A stretch of 64,000 nucleotides of DNA from Collinsella sp. (GTDB lineage: Bacteria; Actinomycetota; Coriobacteriia; Coriobacteriales; Coriobacteriaceae). Every line of letters begins with the position of its first letter. The stretch's first letter is position 1. Shown here piece by piece: positions 29,822-39,874 of this stretch. Under the pieces are notes generated by a model that did no database searches, was not told the DNA's origin, and saw nothing but the letters and a program-made list of their open reading frames with translations. The stretch is taken from contig JAXKEA010000010.1 in assembly GCA_036551635.1 (NCBI GenBank), forward strand, positions 8,891 to 72,890. Direction: 5' to 3'. Made by a program: the position numbers and the translations under genes.

Positions 29822-31294
29822 CTAGTTCAGTCCTCGCTCACGAGCGGATGTCATGGCAAAGTCAACGATCGCTTGGGCATCCTCGGCACAAATAAAACCT
29901 TGTGACACCTCGATCGCCGTATCGCGCTCACACAGAGCGCGATAGTTTTCGAGCGACCCGTACAGCTCTTTGAGCATCGATGCCGAGAACGACTCCATGT
30001 GGCCAAACAGCCCGTCCTTATCGCTCGTCTTATCGACCGTGCCCTGCCCCGGCTCCACCAAGCTCGTGTTGGAGTAGCGGGCAAACGGATGCTCGAGCAG
30101 GCAGGTGCGAAGTCCGCCCTTGGTATTTCCCAGGGCATCCTTTACGTTCTCGCCGCTCGCGTCCAGCTCAATGCGTGGACAGGTTGCCGGAGCCGCACCC
30201 GTACGGACCCAGCGGAACAGGTTGCGGAATGCAGCATGGAACAGATACTGCGACGGATAGGCGTTTGCCTCGGCATGCTTACCGACATACACCGGCAGAT
30301 GGTCGATACGCTTGAGATCCTCGTCGTCTTGGTAATAGTCGACGTAACTCCACTGCGTATCGTGGGAAGCACCCGTCACCTCGTACAGCCGGTACTTAAA
30401 ATCGGGATCGTCGCTATCGGGCATAAGCGTGCGCCAACTCTCAAAGCGACCGTTCTCGCTTTCGGTCTGAAGGGCGATAAACGGCTCCTCGACGTGCTCC
30501 ACACGCAGTAGATGGTGTGCGTATTCCCGGCAGCATTCATACTGGTTGACGGGAATGCACATCGAATGGATGCCACCGCCAGACAGGTATCCGTCAAACA
30601 CGCGGCCGTCACGGCGCACCTCCTCGCGATAGGCAAAACTGTTAAGGTAGCGGAACAGATAGGCGCCGGACTGAGACCATCCTGTAAGGCAAATTGCCTG
30701 GCGAGGATAGTCGCGGATCGGGTTAAGGTCGGAGTCTCCGCGCAAGAGCCACGCAAGATCGGTCAGCATATCCCAAAACAGGCCAGTCTCGTAGGAGATG
30801 TCCATGTCGGGAAGCGCGCCGTCGCGTTCGAGCTGTTCCGGATCAAAGTCAAAGGGCCGCTCGGGAGTTGGGTTTGCCCAGCTCATGAAGGCATAACGAT
30901 CGGGATTGAATTCCTTGAGCTTGGCGATGGTATTGGGCTTGCTGGTAATGCCCACATAGATATCGCCAGAGCGCACAAACTCGCCGTGACCCAGAATCCA
31001 CATGCGCTCGATTTCCATAAACGATGTGGGGTTGATGATCTCCACGACCACATTGCCACTCGCTTGCGCCGGATTTTTCGGAGCACGAACAACGATCCGA
31101 TTGGAATAAGGGGCGTCGGCAGTCATGACCTCCACGCCGCCGTCTTCGTCGGCGGTGCGATAAACGTTGGCGGTACCGTCAACGCGATACTCGCGCTCGA
31201 CGTAATCCTTTGCGCTCAGATGACAGTAGCGCTCGGCACTCGAAAACGGATAGCTCTCATCCGTAATGGGCATTTCAAAAATACCGCTGATCAT
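29822..31294 (-). CDS. Alpha/beta-hydrolase domain protein (Abhydrolase_10-like putative esterase)
   Basis: YVERE..GTANVY, RIVVRAP, GWSQSG nucleophile, YEVTGASH, GNTKGGLR. Confidence 0.75.
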   Translation of the reverse strand: MISGIFEMPITDESYPFSSAERYCHLSAKDYVEREYRVDGTANVYRTADEDGGVEVMTADAPYSNRIVVRAPKNPAQASGNVVVEIINPTSFMEIERMWILGHGEFVRSGDIYVGITSKPNTIAKLKEFNPDRYAFMSWANPTPERPFDFDPEQLERDGALPDMDISYETGLFWDMLTDLAWLLRGDSDLNPIRDYPRQAICLTGWSQSGAYLFRYLNSFAYREEVRRDGRVFDGYLSGGGIHSMCIPVNQYECCREYAHHLLRVEHVEEPFIALQTESENGRFESWRTLMPDSDDPDFKYRLYEVTGASHDTQWSYVDYYQDDEDLKRIDHLPVYVGKHAEANAYPSQYLFHAAFRNLFRWVRTGAAPATCPRIELDASGENVKDALGNTKGGLRTCLLEHPFARYSNTSLVEPGQGTVDKTSDKDGLFGHMESFSASMLKELYGSLENYRALCERDTAIEVSQGFICAEDAQAIVDFAMTSARERGLN

Positions 31295-31446
31295 CTCGTC
31301 CCCCTTGTTGTTGCGTTTGCTGAGACAGACTCTACTGGGGACGCTACTTAACTTCTATTGATTCTTAAGTTGACTTACTAAAAAATTAGCTTAATAAACA
31401 GCCTGGTGTTAAGCTCATGGTAAGTTCACAAACGTTAGGAACCACC

Positions 31447-32442
31447 ATGGCCGTTACTGCAAAACAAATCGCTGACCAGCTGGGAATTTCGGCAGCGGCC
31501 GTTTCCCTTGCACTTAACAATCGACGCGGCGTAAGCGAAAAAACACGGCAGCTGGTACTTAGTACCGCCGAAGCTCTAGGTTACGACTTTAGCAAGATTA
31601 AGTTCGAGCGCCAAAAGAGCGGAACCGTTGCCTTGGTTGCCTTTAACCGGCGCCGCATCTTTGCGACCCCCTTCTTCGCCGATATGCTCGCCGGAGTCGA
31701 GGGCACCCTTAGACACGCGGGATTCTCGTTTTCGCTGGTGAACTACTCGCCGTTCGAAAACACTCAGCAACAAATCGCCGACATCGCCGAAGCGCAATAC
31801 GATGGCGTCATCATCCTTGCAACTGAGATGTTCGAGTCGGATTTTATGCCGTTTGCATCGCTGGACTGCCCCCTGCTGCTGTTGGACTCATGCATGAGCG
31901 TTGGGGTCGATACGGTCAAGATCGACAACGCCGCCAGCATGATGCTAGCCGTGCAGTACCTGCATTCGAAGTATGGATCTGTCCCCGGACTGTTAACGAC
32001 GCCCGTTACCGTGGACAACTTCACCGAACGACGCTTCGCCTACGAGCACGCCATCGGTCGGCTATCGGGCTCGGAAAAGTGCGGCACCATCCACGAGCTC
32101 GCCGTCGCTCCAGATGAGGCATACGCCGGCATGCTCGACATTATTGATTCGGGCGAACCCCTCGCCCAAAACTACGTCGCTGTCTTTGACGATATAGCTA
32201 TTGGGGCCATGAAAGCCTTTATCGAGCGTGGTTATCGCGTGCCCGATGACGTACGCATCGTCGGCTTCGACAACAACCCCGGCGGAACCTACGTGCAGCC
32301 ACAACTGACCACGCTCAATGTTCCTTCGCAGTATATGGGCGCCATCGCCGCACGGCGCCTCGTCGAGATTATCGACGAGGCCGAACACCACCCGCTCAAG
32401 ATCGAGCTTGGGGCATCGCTCATCAAGCGCCGTTCTGCCTAG
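31447..32442 (+). CDS. LacI-family transcriptional regulator
   Basis: IADQLGISAAAVSLALN HTH; VPDDVRIVGFDN; LTTL. Confidence 0.93.
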   Translation: MAVTAKQIADQLGISAAAVSLALNNRRGVSEKTRQLVLSTAEALGYDFSKIKFERQKSGTVALVAFNRRRIFATPFFADMLAGVEGTLRHAGFSFSLVNYSPFENTQQQIADIAEAQYDGVIILATEMFESDFMPFASLDCPLLLLDSCMSVGVDTVKIDNAASMMLAVQYLHSKYGSVPGLLTTPVTVDNFTERRFAYEHAIGRLSGSEKCGTIHELAVAPDEAYAGMLDIIDSGEPLAQNYVAVFDDIAIGAMKAFIERGYRVPDDVRIVGFDNNPGGTYVQPQLTTLNVPSQYMGAIAARRLVEIIDEAEHHPLKIELGASLIKRRSA

Positions 32443-33449
32443 AGCTCGCGCACGCTCTGGCGCTCGACAAAATAGGTCGACACGGCCGTTTTGCAGGTAT
32501 AGCTCTTGGGATTGCGGATGTTGCCCACCAGACGGCGCACCGCGATCTCGCCCACCTCGTGCTTGGGAACGTGCACCGTGGTGAGCGGCGGGTTGGAGAA
32601 GGCGCCCACGGAAAGATCGTCGAAGCCAATCATCGAGACATCTTCGGGCACGCGAATGCCATGCTCACTCAACGCACGCATAGCACCCACGGCGAGCACG
32701 TCGTTCTCGGCAAAGAAAGCCGTCGGCAGATCGTCGTGCGAGACCGTATCGAGCCAAGCACCCATGTCGCGATAGGCGCCCTCGAGCGTGGTGCCCAGGG
32801 TGACGCGCCATGCCGAATTGGCCTCAAGGCCCGCGTCCTCAAGCGCTTGGCGATAGCCGCGCTCGCGGTCCTTAAAATTGCGGATACGAAGGTCGCCTGC
32901 CAGGTAGCCGATTTGCTTGTGACCCTTCTCGATAAGGTAATCCACGGCACGCAGCACCGAATCGGTGTTGGCAATGACCACGGCATCGAAGTACTGGCGG
33001 TCGCTCCAGCCGTCGAGCACGATCAGGTGGGCGGCGGCGTTGGCGAACAAAGCGTAGTCTTCCTCGCCCAGCTCGGTGCCCATCAGCACGATGGCGGCAG
33101 CCGGGTCGGCGATAAGGCGCTCGACCTGCGGGCGCACGGCGTTCAAGTCGCTAAAATCGAGCGAGACAAAGCTCGTGCTCATGCCGTGACGACGCGCCTG
33201 GCGCTCCACGCCCTCGATGACCGCAGGGTGAAAGGTACTTTCGTCCAAAATGGCGCCCGTCTTGCGCGCGAGAACAAACTGGATGCTCTCGAGTTGCGTC
33301 GACTGCTGGTAGCCGAGCGACTGCGCGCATTCAAGGATGACCTTGGCGGTCTCCTCGCTCACGCTGCGCTTGCGATTGAGCGCGTTCGATACGGTCGCGG
33401 GCGAAAAGCCGGTGATGCGGCTGATCTCGCGGACACTTGCTTTGGCCAT
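32439..33449 (-). CDS. LacI-family transcriptional regulator
   Basis: GFSPATVSNALN HTH; VPEDVSMIGFDD; PPLTTV. Convergent with, and overlapping by 4 bp, the preceding LacI gene. Confidence 0.93.
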   Translation of the reverse strand: MAKASVREISRITGFSPATVSNALNRKRSVSEETAKVILECAQSLGYQQSTQLESIQFVLARKTGAILDESTFHPAVIEGVERQARRHGMSTSFVSLDFSDLNAVRPQVERLIADPAAAIVLMGTELGEEDYALFANAAAHLIVLDGWSDRQYFDAVVIANTDSVLRAVDYLIEKGHKQIGYLAGDLRIRNFKDRERGYRQALEDAGLEANSAWRVTLGTTLEGAYRDMGAWLDTVSHDDLPTAFFAENDVLAVGAMRALSEHGIRVPEDVSMIGFDDLSVGAFSNPPLTTVHVPKHEVGEIAVRRLVGNIRNPKSYTCKTAVSTYFVERQSVREL

Positions 33450-33611
33450 TGTTCCCCCTAGCAACGGTCGTGGCGGAGCATCGCGACTCGATGACTCGGT
33501 AACTAAACGACCGCAAATTCAATCTAAACAGAATAGTAAATGTTTATTAGCTAGTTTAACCTGTTGTCAAGCGAAGCGGCACAACTATTCCCCCAACGGG
33601 CGCATTTACTC

Positions 33612-33764
33612 GGTAGCTAATCTGGGACAGGGCTCTTTTGAGTGCTTTTGCCACCGGATGATTTTTCTGGGGATTAAAAAATCATTTTGGTGACGCGCGG
33701 CGGAAGACCAGCCTTTTTTGGGACGAGAAAATGATTTTTTAATCCCCGTCCCAGAAAAATCATC
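33612..33764. repeat. REP-like copy followed by a nested inverted-repeat element
   Basis: GGTAGCTAATCTGGGACAGGGCTCTTTT (33612); perfect 20-bp IR at 33669-33688 / 33728-33747; outer 15-bp IR GATGATTTTTCTGGG / CCCAGAAAAATCATC. Confidence 0.85.
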
Positions 33765-33774
33765 GCCAGAGTAG

Positions 33775-34689
33775 TTATTCGCAAAGGCGCATAGCCTCCT
33801 GCACGGCGCCGTATAGGTTAGCGTCGTTGCCCAGCTCTGCCGCCTTGACCTGCGGTACAGGGATGCCGGCGAGAATGCCCTCATAGCCCTCAAGCGCCGC
33901 GGGCATCTGGTCGCGAAGCGCGTCGATAAGTTCGGGGTGGCACGAAATGCCGCCCGCAATCACAAACACCTCGGGGTCGAGCACCGCCTGTAGGTTTACG
34001 AGCATGGCGTCGAACGTGCGCGCATAGCGGTCAAGCGCGCGCTTCGCCGCCTCATCGCCAGCCTCAACCCACTCAAAAACGCGGCGGCCGTCCACCGTGC
34101 CATCGGCAGGTAAGTCCTTCTCGGCCACGACGAGATCGCGCAGCGCACGCCAGCCGCCTGTGCTCGAAAACATTCTGTCCCCGGACGCCGGCTGCCTCAC
34201 GTCGTTGCGCAGAAAGCTAAACTCACCTGCAAAGCCATGTGCGCCGCGAAGCACGCGGCCATCGATAACGATGCCGCCGCCGATGCCGGTGCCGATAGCG
34301 AGCACGACGCCAGTGCGGCATCCGCGAAGGGCGCCCGCTGCGTACTCGCCGAGCGCGCAGCATTTTCCGTCGTTGTTGACCGCCACCGGCATGTCAAACC
34401 GCTCGCGCAGCAACTTTCCCAGCGGACAGCCGTCCATGTAGGTAAGCGCGCCGCCGCGATGGATGGTGCCGTCCGCGTCATCCTCATAGATGCCGCCGGG
34501 TGCACTCACGCCCACGGCGGACACGCGATCGCGATACGGCTCGATAAGACCGGTCAGGGCCTCGACCGCTTCGTCTGCCGTAGCAAAATCGGTCGGCAGG
34601 CTGCCGCGCTCGCGGATGGAAAAATCCTCGCCCAGCACGGCCCACTTAACTGCCGTGCCGCCCACGTCGATGCCAAAATACTCTTTCAT
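33775..34689 (-). CDS. ROK-family sugar kinase, paralog of 19292..20230
   Basis: GIDVGGT; shares DGTIHRGGAL.YMDG, CALGEYAAGALRG and GGISCHP with the first ROK. Confidence 0.9.
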   Translation of the reverse strand: MKEYFGIDVGGTAVKWAVLGEDFSIRERGSLPTDFATADEAVEALTGLIEPYRDRVSAVGVSAPGGIYEDDADGTIHRGGALTYMDGCPLGKLLRERFDMPVAVNNDGKCCALGEYAAGALRGCRTGVVLAIGTGIGGGIVIDGRVLRGAHGFAGEFSFLRNDVRQPASGDRMFSSTGGWRALRDLVVAEKDLPADGTVDGRRVFEWVEAGDEAAKRALDRYARTFDAMLVNLQAVLDPEVFVIAGGISCHPELIDALRDQMPAALEGYEGILAGIPVPQVKAAELGNDANLYGAVQEAMRLCE

Positions 34690-34897
34690 GCTGCCTCCGC
34701 TTCTGCGCCGATACGTCAATATCGGCAGACCATCCCGTCCATGCAAACACAGAGAATTCCAGACAAGGCCAAGTATTTGGTTAACGGTCGCTTTTAGACT
34801 GTAAACGGAGTTTAATCTGTTTACAGCAGCTGGTTCTATAAATTACGCAATTATGCACTCATTTGGAACGATGCAATTTATCTTTTTTAGCCCCCAA

Positions 34898-34941
34898 GGT
34901 AGCTAAAAAGCCCCGTCCCAAATTAGCTACTTGAGACGGGG
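34898..34941. repeat. REP-like palindrome that may act as terminator for the nucleoside hydrolase
   Basis: GGTAGCTAAAAAGCCCCGTCCCAAATTAGCTACTTGAGACGGGG. Confidence 0.7.
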
Positions 34942-34953
34942 TGTAGGAAGCAC

Positions 34954-35928
34954 TTAGCCCAGGACGCGGGCCATGCGCGTCTTAAACTCCGCGAGGAAAC
35001 GTGGGGCGTCCACGGTGAGCGCCACGAGCGCGCTCTTGTCGGGGTCGGCCACACGGCGCTCATCGCAGATGGTGCGGCCGCGGTACTCGCCCAGCAAGTC
35101 AACGCGCAGGTTACAGCCGAGCGCACCCACGAGCGTGGGATCAATCGCCACGGCAACCGCCAGCGGATCGTGCAGCGCGCAGCCGCCCAGGTAGGGCGCG
35201 TTCATTTCGTACGAACCGATATAGTGCTCGACCATGCTCGCAAACGCGCAGCCAGCCATAGTGCCCGAGCCCGTCCAGCCGGCAACGTCGCGGCGCGTGA
35301 GCACCACGCGATGCGTCACATCCAGGCCCACCATGGTGAGCTTGCGGCCCGAGCGCAGCACGGCATCGGCCGCCTCGGGATCGCTTGCCATGTTGGCCTC
35401 GGCGCCCGCACTCACGTTTCCGGGCACGGTCAGGGCGCCGCCCATCACGACCACGCGACCGATAGACATCATCGCCGCCGCATCGCGCTCCAAGGCAAGT
35501 GCCAGGTTGGAGAGCGGACCGGTCGCCACGTAGATCAGATCGGAGCCATAGGTGCGCGCGGCATCGATCAGATAATCGACCGCCGCGTTGCCATCAGCCG
35601 ACGTCGCCCCCACCGGCTCGTACGGCGACGCGGGCACGCTCGCCCCGCCAATGCCGTTCTTGCCGTGGATGAGCGTGGTGGACGCCGGCGGTGTATAGGG
35701 CTCAGTCGCCTTAATGGGACGATCGGCGCCCAGGTACACCGGAATCTCGGGGCGACCCAGCAGATCGAGCACTGCCAGGCAGTTGTGCGCCGATTGCTCG
35801 ACGCGCACGTTGCCAAAGCACGTGGTGATGCCGACGAGCTCCACCTCGGGGCTCGCGATGGCATAGGCAAGCGCCATCGCATCATCCACACCCATATCCA
35901 GATCAAGGATCAGCTTCTTGGTTGCCAT
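34954..35928 (-). CDS. Nucleoside hydrolase (IUNH family)
   Basis: D.D.GVDDA, HGKNG, TGPLSN, GNV...AEAN..DPEAA, LHDPLA. Confidence 0.92.
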   Translation of the reverse strand: MATKKLILDLDMGVDDAMALAYAIASPEVELVGITTCFGNVRVEQSAHNCLAVLDLLGRPEIPVYLGADRPIKATEPYTPPASTTLIHGKNGIGGASVPASPYEPVGATSADGNAAVDYLIDAARTYGSDLIYVATGPLSNLALALERDAAAMMSIGRVVVMGGALTVPGNVSAGAEANMASDPEAADAVLRSGRKLTMVGLDVTHRVVLTRRDVAGWTGSGTMAGCAFASMVEHYIGSYEMNAPYLGGCALHDPLAVAVAIDPTLVGALGCNLRVDLLGEYRGRTICDERRVADPDKSALVALTVDAPRFLAEFKTRMARVLG

Positions 35929-35932
35929 TGTT

Positions 35933-36928
35933 CTACTCCGCTTCTCCGTCTACATCCAAACCGTCTAAACCAAACTTGTGCTCGACTTCCGCACGCGTGG
36001 GAATTGATTGCTGAGCGCCCAGGCGCGACACCGTCACCGCCGAGGCGCGAGCGCCCGCCGCCATGCACTCAAAGAGCGGCAGGCCCTCCAGACGAGCTGC
36101 CGCCAACGCGCCGATAAACGTATCGCCCGCGGCCGTCGTATCGACCACCGCGCTCGAAAGCGCCGGCATGCGCAGCGGCTCACCGCCATCGCCGAGCGTA
36201 ACCGAGCCGGCGCCGCCCAACGTGATGACCGCAGCCCCGGCGCCCTTGTCGAGCAGCGCATTGAGCGCGGCGACGCAACTCGCATCATCCGTAGGCAGAA
36301 CGCCCGTCAGCACCTGGCACTCGGTCTCGTTGGGGCAGACCAGGTCGACCGCTGGCCACGCTCCTGCCGGCAGGTCGCAGGCGGGCGCCGGGTTAAAGAT
36401 CGTATAGAACCCCAGCTCGTGAGCGCAAGAGAGTGCCGCGGCCGTTGCCGCAAGGTCACATTCGCCCTGGGCGATAAAGACGCTTCCGGCAGCCGGGGCA
36501 ATCTCGCTGGCATCGCCGTCGAGCTCGTCGGCCACCAAGCGCCTCAGTGCGCGGGCAACGTCCTCGCCCGCAAGCGCATGGTTGGCGCCCGGCGACAGCA
36601 CGATGCGGTTGTCGCTCTCGCAGCGAATGATAGTCGCGGTACCGGTCTCCACGTCATCGCGACGCGCCACAAACTCAACGCCCACGCCGGCATCCTGGAG
36701 CCCTGCCACGAGCGCATCGCCAAAGGTATCGCGCCCAACAGCGCCGATCATGCACGTGCGCGCACCCATGCGCGCAGCGGCAACGGCCTGATTGGCTCCC
36801 TTACCGCCGGCGTTGGTGATAAAACCGCTGCCATCGACCGTCTCGCCCGCGCGCGGCATGCGCTCGCACGCCACCGAAAGGTCCATGTTCATGCTGCCGA
36901 ACACCGCAACGATGCTGTGATCCGCCAT
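35933..36928 (-). CDS. rbsK: Ribokinase (PfkB family)
   Basis: GSMNMD, GGKGANQAVAAAR, NPAPA, PNETE, DTTAAGDTF. Confidence 0.88.
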   Translation of the reverse strand: MADHSIVAVFGSMNMDLSVACERMPRAGETVDGSGFITNAGGKGANQAVAAARMGARTCMIGAVGRDTFGDALVAGLQDAGVGVEFVARRDDVETGTATIIRCESDNRIVLSPGANHALAGEDVARALRRLVADELDGDASEIAPAAGSVFIAQGECDLAATAAALSCAHELGFYTIFNPAPACDLPAGAWPAVDLVCPNETECQVLTGVLPTDDASCVAALNALLDKGAGAAVITLGGAGSVTLGDGGEPLRMPALSSAVVDTTAAGDTFIGALAAARLEGLPLFECMAAGARASAVTVSRLGAQQSIPTRAEVEHKFGLDGLDVDGEAE

Positions 36929-37114
36929 GGAAACCTCCTCGCCTTCAGGTTTTCGCCCACCGTCGACCAACGATTGTGCACTCTCGCACCCCCTATAACT
37001 TTAGTCCACTTTGATGTGGACGCGCGCTTGAGCTTGCGCCAGCAGCAAGCATTCACAGGGGCAGGCAGCTACAATGAATACGTGCTGATTATTCTCGTCA
37101 TTGGATGATGTTTT

Positions 37115-39331
37115 ATGGAACAATTCTCGCAATCGGGCTCGCGCGGTCGACGCCGCACGGGCAACGAGCCGGCGCCGCACGAACGCGTGAAGGGCGAGCG
37201 CCGTGCCAACGAGCCGCGACGCACCGCAAGCCCCCATCGCGCTTCTGCCAACAACGCGGGCCGCGCCAACACTCCCGCCGCGGAGCAGACGCCTGCTCGC
37301 CCCAAGTCCCGCTACATCCCTGCGCTCGACGGCCTGCGCACGCTTGCCGTCGTCGCGGTGGTGCTCTATCACCTCAACCTCACGTGGGCTCAGGGCGGCC
37401 TGCTTGGCGTCACGATCTTCTTTGTGCTTTCGGGCTATCTGATCACGCGCTTGCTGCTCAACGAAGTCGCTAAGACCGGCCGCATCGACCTTAAGAGCTT
37501 CTGGATTCGCCGCATCCGTCGCCTGGTCCCCGCCGTGGTAACGGTAGTGTTCGTGACCTGCGCGCTGTGCACCATCTTTAACCACGTGATGCTCACCAAG
37601 ATGCGTCCCGACGTTCTGCCGTCGCTGCTGTTCTTTAACAACTGGTGGCAGATTGCCCAAAACGTCTCGTACTTCAACGCCCTGGGCGACCCCTCGCCGC
37701 TTACGCACTTTTGGTCGCTCGCCATCGAGGAACAGTTCTACCTGGTTTGGCCCCCGCTGCTGCTCGCTATGGTATCCATGCACATGAGCAAGCCCAACAC
37801 GCGCCGCATGGTTCTGGGCCTGGCTGCTGTCTCCGCCATCGCCATGATGCTGCTCTATAACCCCGCCGCCGACCCCAGCCGCGTGTACTACGGCACCGAC
37901 ACCCGCGTGTTCTCGCTGCTGCTGGGTGCCTGGATGGCCTTTATCCCCGATCGCGACCTGGCGCCGGTGCGTCTCGCTCGTCGTTTGGGGCTCAATCGCC
38001 TGGCTGGCGCCGCCAAGCACGGCAAGAACGCCGAGGGCAAGCATGACGCTACGACCGACGGCGCAGCCGAGACCGTCCCGGCACAGCCGAGCGCCCTCGT
38101 GCGCTTTTGGTCCTCGCCCGCATCCATCGATGTGCTGGGCGTCGTGGGTCTGGTTGGCCTTGCCGCCATGGTCGCGCTCACCAACGGCTACACCGCGTTC
38201 CAGTATCGCGGCGGCACGCTGTTATGCTCCATCCTCACGCTCATGGTCATCGCGGCCTGCGTGCAACCCCAGGGAATGGTTGCCCGCGCACTGTCCGCCG
38301 AGCCGCTCGTGTGGGTTGGCAAGCGCTCGTACAGCATCTACCTGTGGCACTATCCGCTACTGTTGCTCATGAACCCGGTCGCCAACATCAACGATACGCC
38401 GTGGTGGCAGTACATTTTGCAGGTGTTGTTGGTGGTCGCCGTAGCCGAATGCTCATATCGCTTTATCGAGACGCCGTTTAGAAAGGGCGCCTTTGGGCGC
38501 ACCGTATCCGAGTTCCGCGACGGCACCACCACGCCCGCCAACTGGGCACGCGCGCATATTCCCGTGTGCGCAGCCTACGCTGTCGTGTTGGTCGTTGCAC
38601 TGGGCGGCCTGATCTTTGTGCCCGAGACGTCTGCGCTGAGCGGCGAGGGCGCCGAAGTTCTGAACAAGGAAGCCAAGAACACCGCGCCCACCGACCAGCA
38701 GGCGGCCGACGACACCGACAAGGACAACGACGGCTTCCCCGATGGCTCCTACGATCTGCTTATGATCGGCGACTCCGTGTCGCTGCGTGCCGTAGACACC
38801 TTTGACGGCGTGTTCCCGCACAGCCATATCGATGCCGAAAAGGGCCGCCAGTTTGATGCGGGGCGCGCGACATTTGAGGGCTATATCCAGCAGAACCTTG
38901 CCGGCAAGATCGTGGTCTTTGCCCTGGGCACCAACGGCTTGGTAACCGACGACCAGATCGACGCCATCATGGCCGATGCAGGAGATAAGCGTATTGTGGT
39001 GTTTGTGAACACGCGCAGCCCGCAGCCGTGGGTTGGCTCTACCAACCAGGCCATCGCCAACGCCGCTACGCGCTACAAGAACGTGCGCGTTATCGATTGG
39101 TACGGATACAGTGCCAACCGCAACGACCTGTTCGATGGCGATGGCACGCACCTATCGACCACTGGCGTGACTGAGTACCTCAACTTGATCCACGATGCCG
39201 TCAAGAAGGACCTGCCCGTACACCCCGAGGATCACGTCAACGATCCGCAGCCGGCAGCCGTCAAGTCTGCCACCGACGCACTCGTCAATGCGCTCGCTCT
39301 CAAGCCGCACAAGCTGGGCACCGACAAGTAA
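37115..39331 (+). CDS. oatA: OatA-like O-acetyltransferase (acyltransferase-3 plus SGNH domain)
   Basis: YIPALDGLR, FFVLSGYLIT, HFWSLAIEEQFY, RSYSIYLWHYP; SGNH motifs GDSV, LGTNG, DGTH. Confidence 0.85.
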   Translation: MEQFSQSGSRGRRRTGNEPAPHERVKGERRANEPRRTASPHRASANNAGRANTPAAEQTPARPKSRYIPALDGLRTLAVVAVVLYHLNLTWAQGGLLGVTIFFVLSGYLITRLLLNEVAKTGRIDLKSFWIRRIRRLVPAVVTVVFVTCALCTIFNHVMLTKMRPDVLPSLLFFNNWWQIAQNVSYFNALGDPSPLTHFWSLAIEEQFYLVWPPLLLAMVSMHMSKPNTRRMVLGLAAVSAIAMMLLYNPAADPSRVYYGTDTRVFSLLLGAWMAFIPDRDLAPVRLARRLGLNRLAGAAKHGKNAEGKHDATTDGAAETVPAQPSALVRFWSSPASIDVLGVVGLVGLAAMVALTNGYTAFQYRGGTLLCSILTLMVIAACVQPQGMVARALSAEPLVWVGKRSYSIYLWHYPLLLLMNPVANINDTPWWQYILQVLLVVAVAECSYRFIETPFRKGAFGRTVSEFRDGTTTPANWARAHIPVCAAYAVVLVVALGGLIFVPETSALSGEGAEVLNKEAKNTAPTDQQAADDTDKDNDGFPDGSYDLLMIGDSVSLRAVDTFDGVFPHSHIDAEKGRQFDAGRATFEGYIQQNLAGKIVVFALGTNGLVTDDQIDAIMADAGDKRIVVFVNTRSPQPWVGSTNQAIANAATRYKNVRVIDWYGYSANRNDLFDGDGTHLSTTGVTEYLNLIHDAVKKDLPVHPEDHVNDPQPAAVKSATDALVNALALKPHKLGTDK

Positions 39332-39353
39332 CCTGCAGCGCAAACTTCCCACA

Positions 39354-39435
39354 TCCGGAGGGGGTGTCTGCCACGGCAGACGCCCCCTCCGGCAGTTAGG
39401 GACGTTCCTTATGTGCCGGTACCTAGGGACACTCC
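39354..39435. repeat. Strong hairpin plus degenerate GGGAC REP-like copies after oatA
   Basis: CCGGAGGGGGTGTCTGCC-AC-GGCAGACGCCCCCTCCGG; GGCAGTTAGGGACGTTCCTTATGTGCC resembles 55250-55276. Confidence 0.7.
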
Positions 39436-39563
39436 TGGCGCAGCCAATGAAGACCTCTACGGATGAATTCCAGGCCGCTCCGTCGCTCCAGACATCGTTT
39501 CCGCGCCTCGCGCCTGCCCCAAACAATCAAAACAAGCCCTTTTCGCCGCACCCTCAAAGGTCT

Positions 39564-39793
39564 GTGGGCAAAAAAGGGCAAATATGAGTACTGTTACCAT
39601 TTTAGTAGCAGGCAAAACCACCCAAAATGACGTCCGAGCGAACCCTACAACCCCCTAAGACAGCCAACCTGACTGGTTTAAGGCGTATTGGAGCCAATTT
39701 TAATGAACATACTATAGGTTATGTTTATTATCTTCTTGAATGTAAATGCTATTCACTTAGCAACAGTACTCATATTTGGCATTTATTGCCCAC
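39564..39793. mobile_element. MITE-like AT-rich element of ~230 bp with ~32-bp imperfect terminal inverted repeats
   Basis: GTGGGCAAAAAAGGGCAAATATGAGTACTGTT ... AACAGTACTCATATTTGGCATTTATTGCCCAC; non-coding, AT-rich interior. Confidence 0.55.
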
Positions 39794-39821
39794 TGCCATA
39801 TAACTAACACCCTATAGCAGA

Positions 39822-39858
39822 CAAAAACAGGCCGTAGCCCATCGCTGCGGCCTGTTTG
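39822..39858 (-). terminator. Terminator after the NRAMP-family gene
   Basis: AAACAGGCCG(T/C)AGC stem with a T-tract on the minus strand. Confidence 0.65.
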
Positions 39859-39874
39859 GAGTCCAAAAGAGGCG

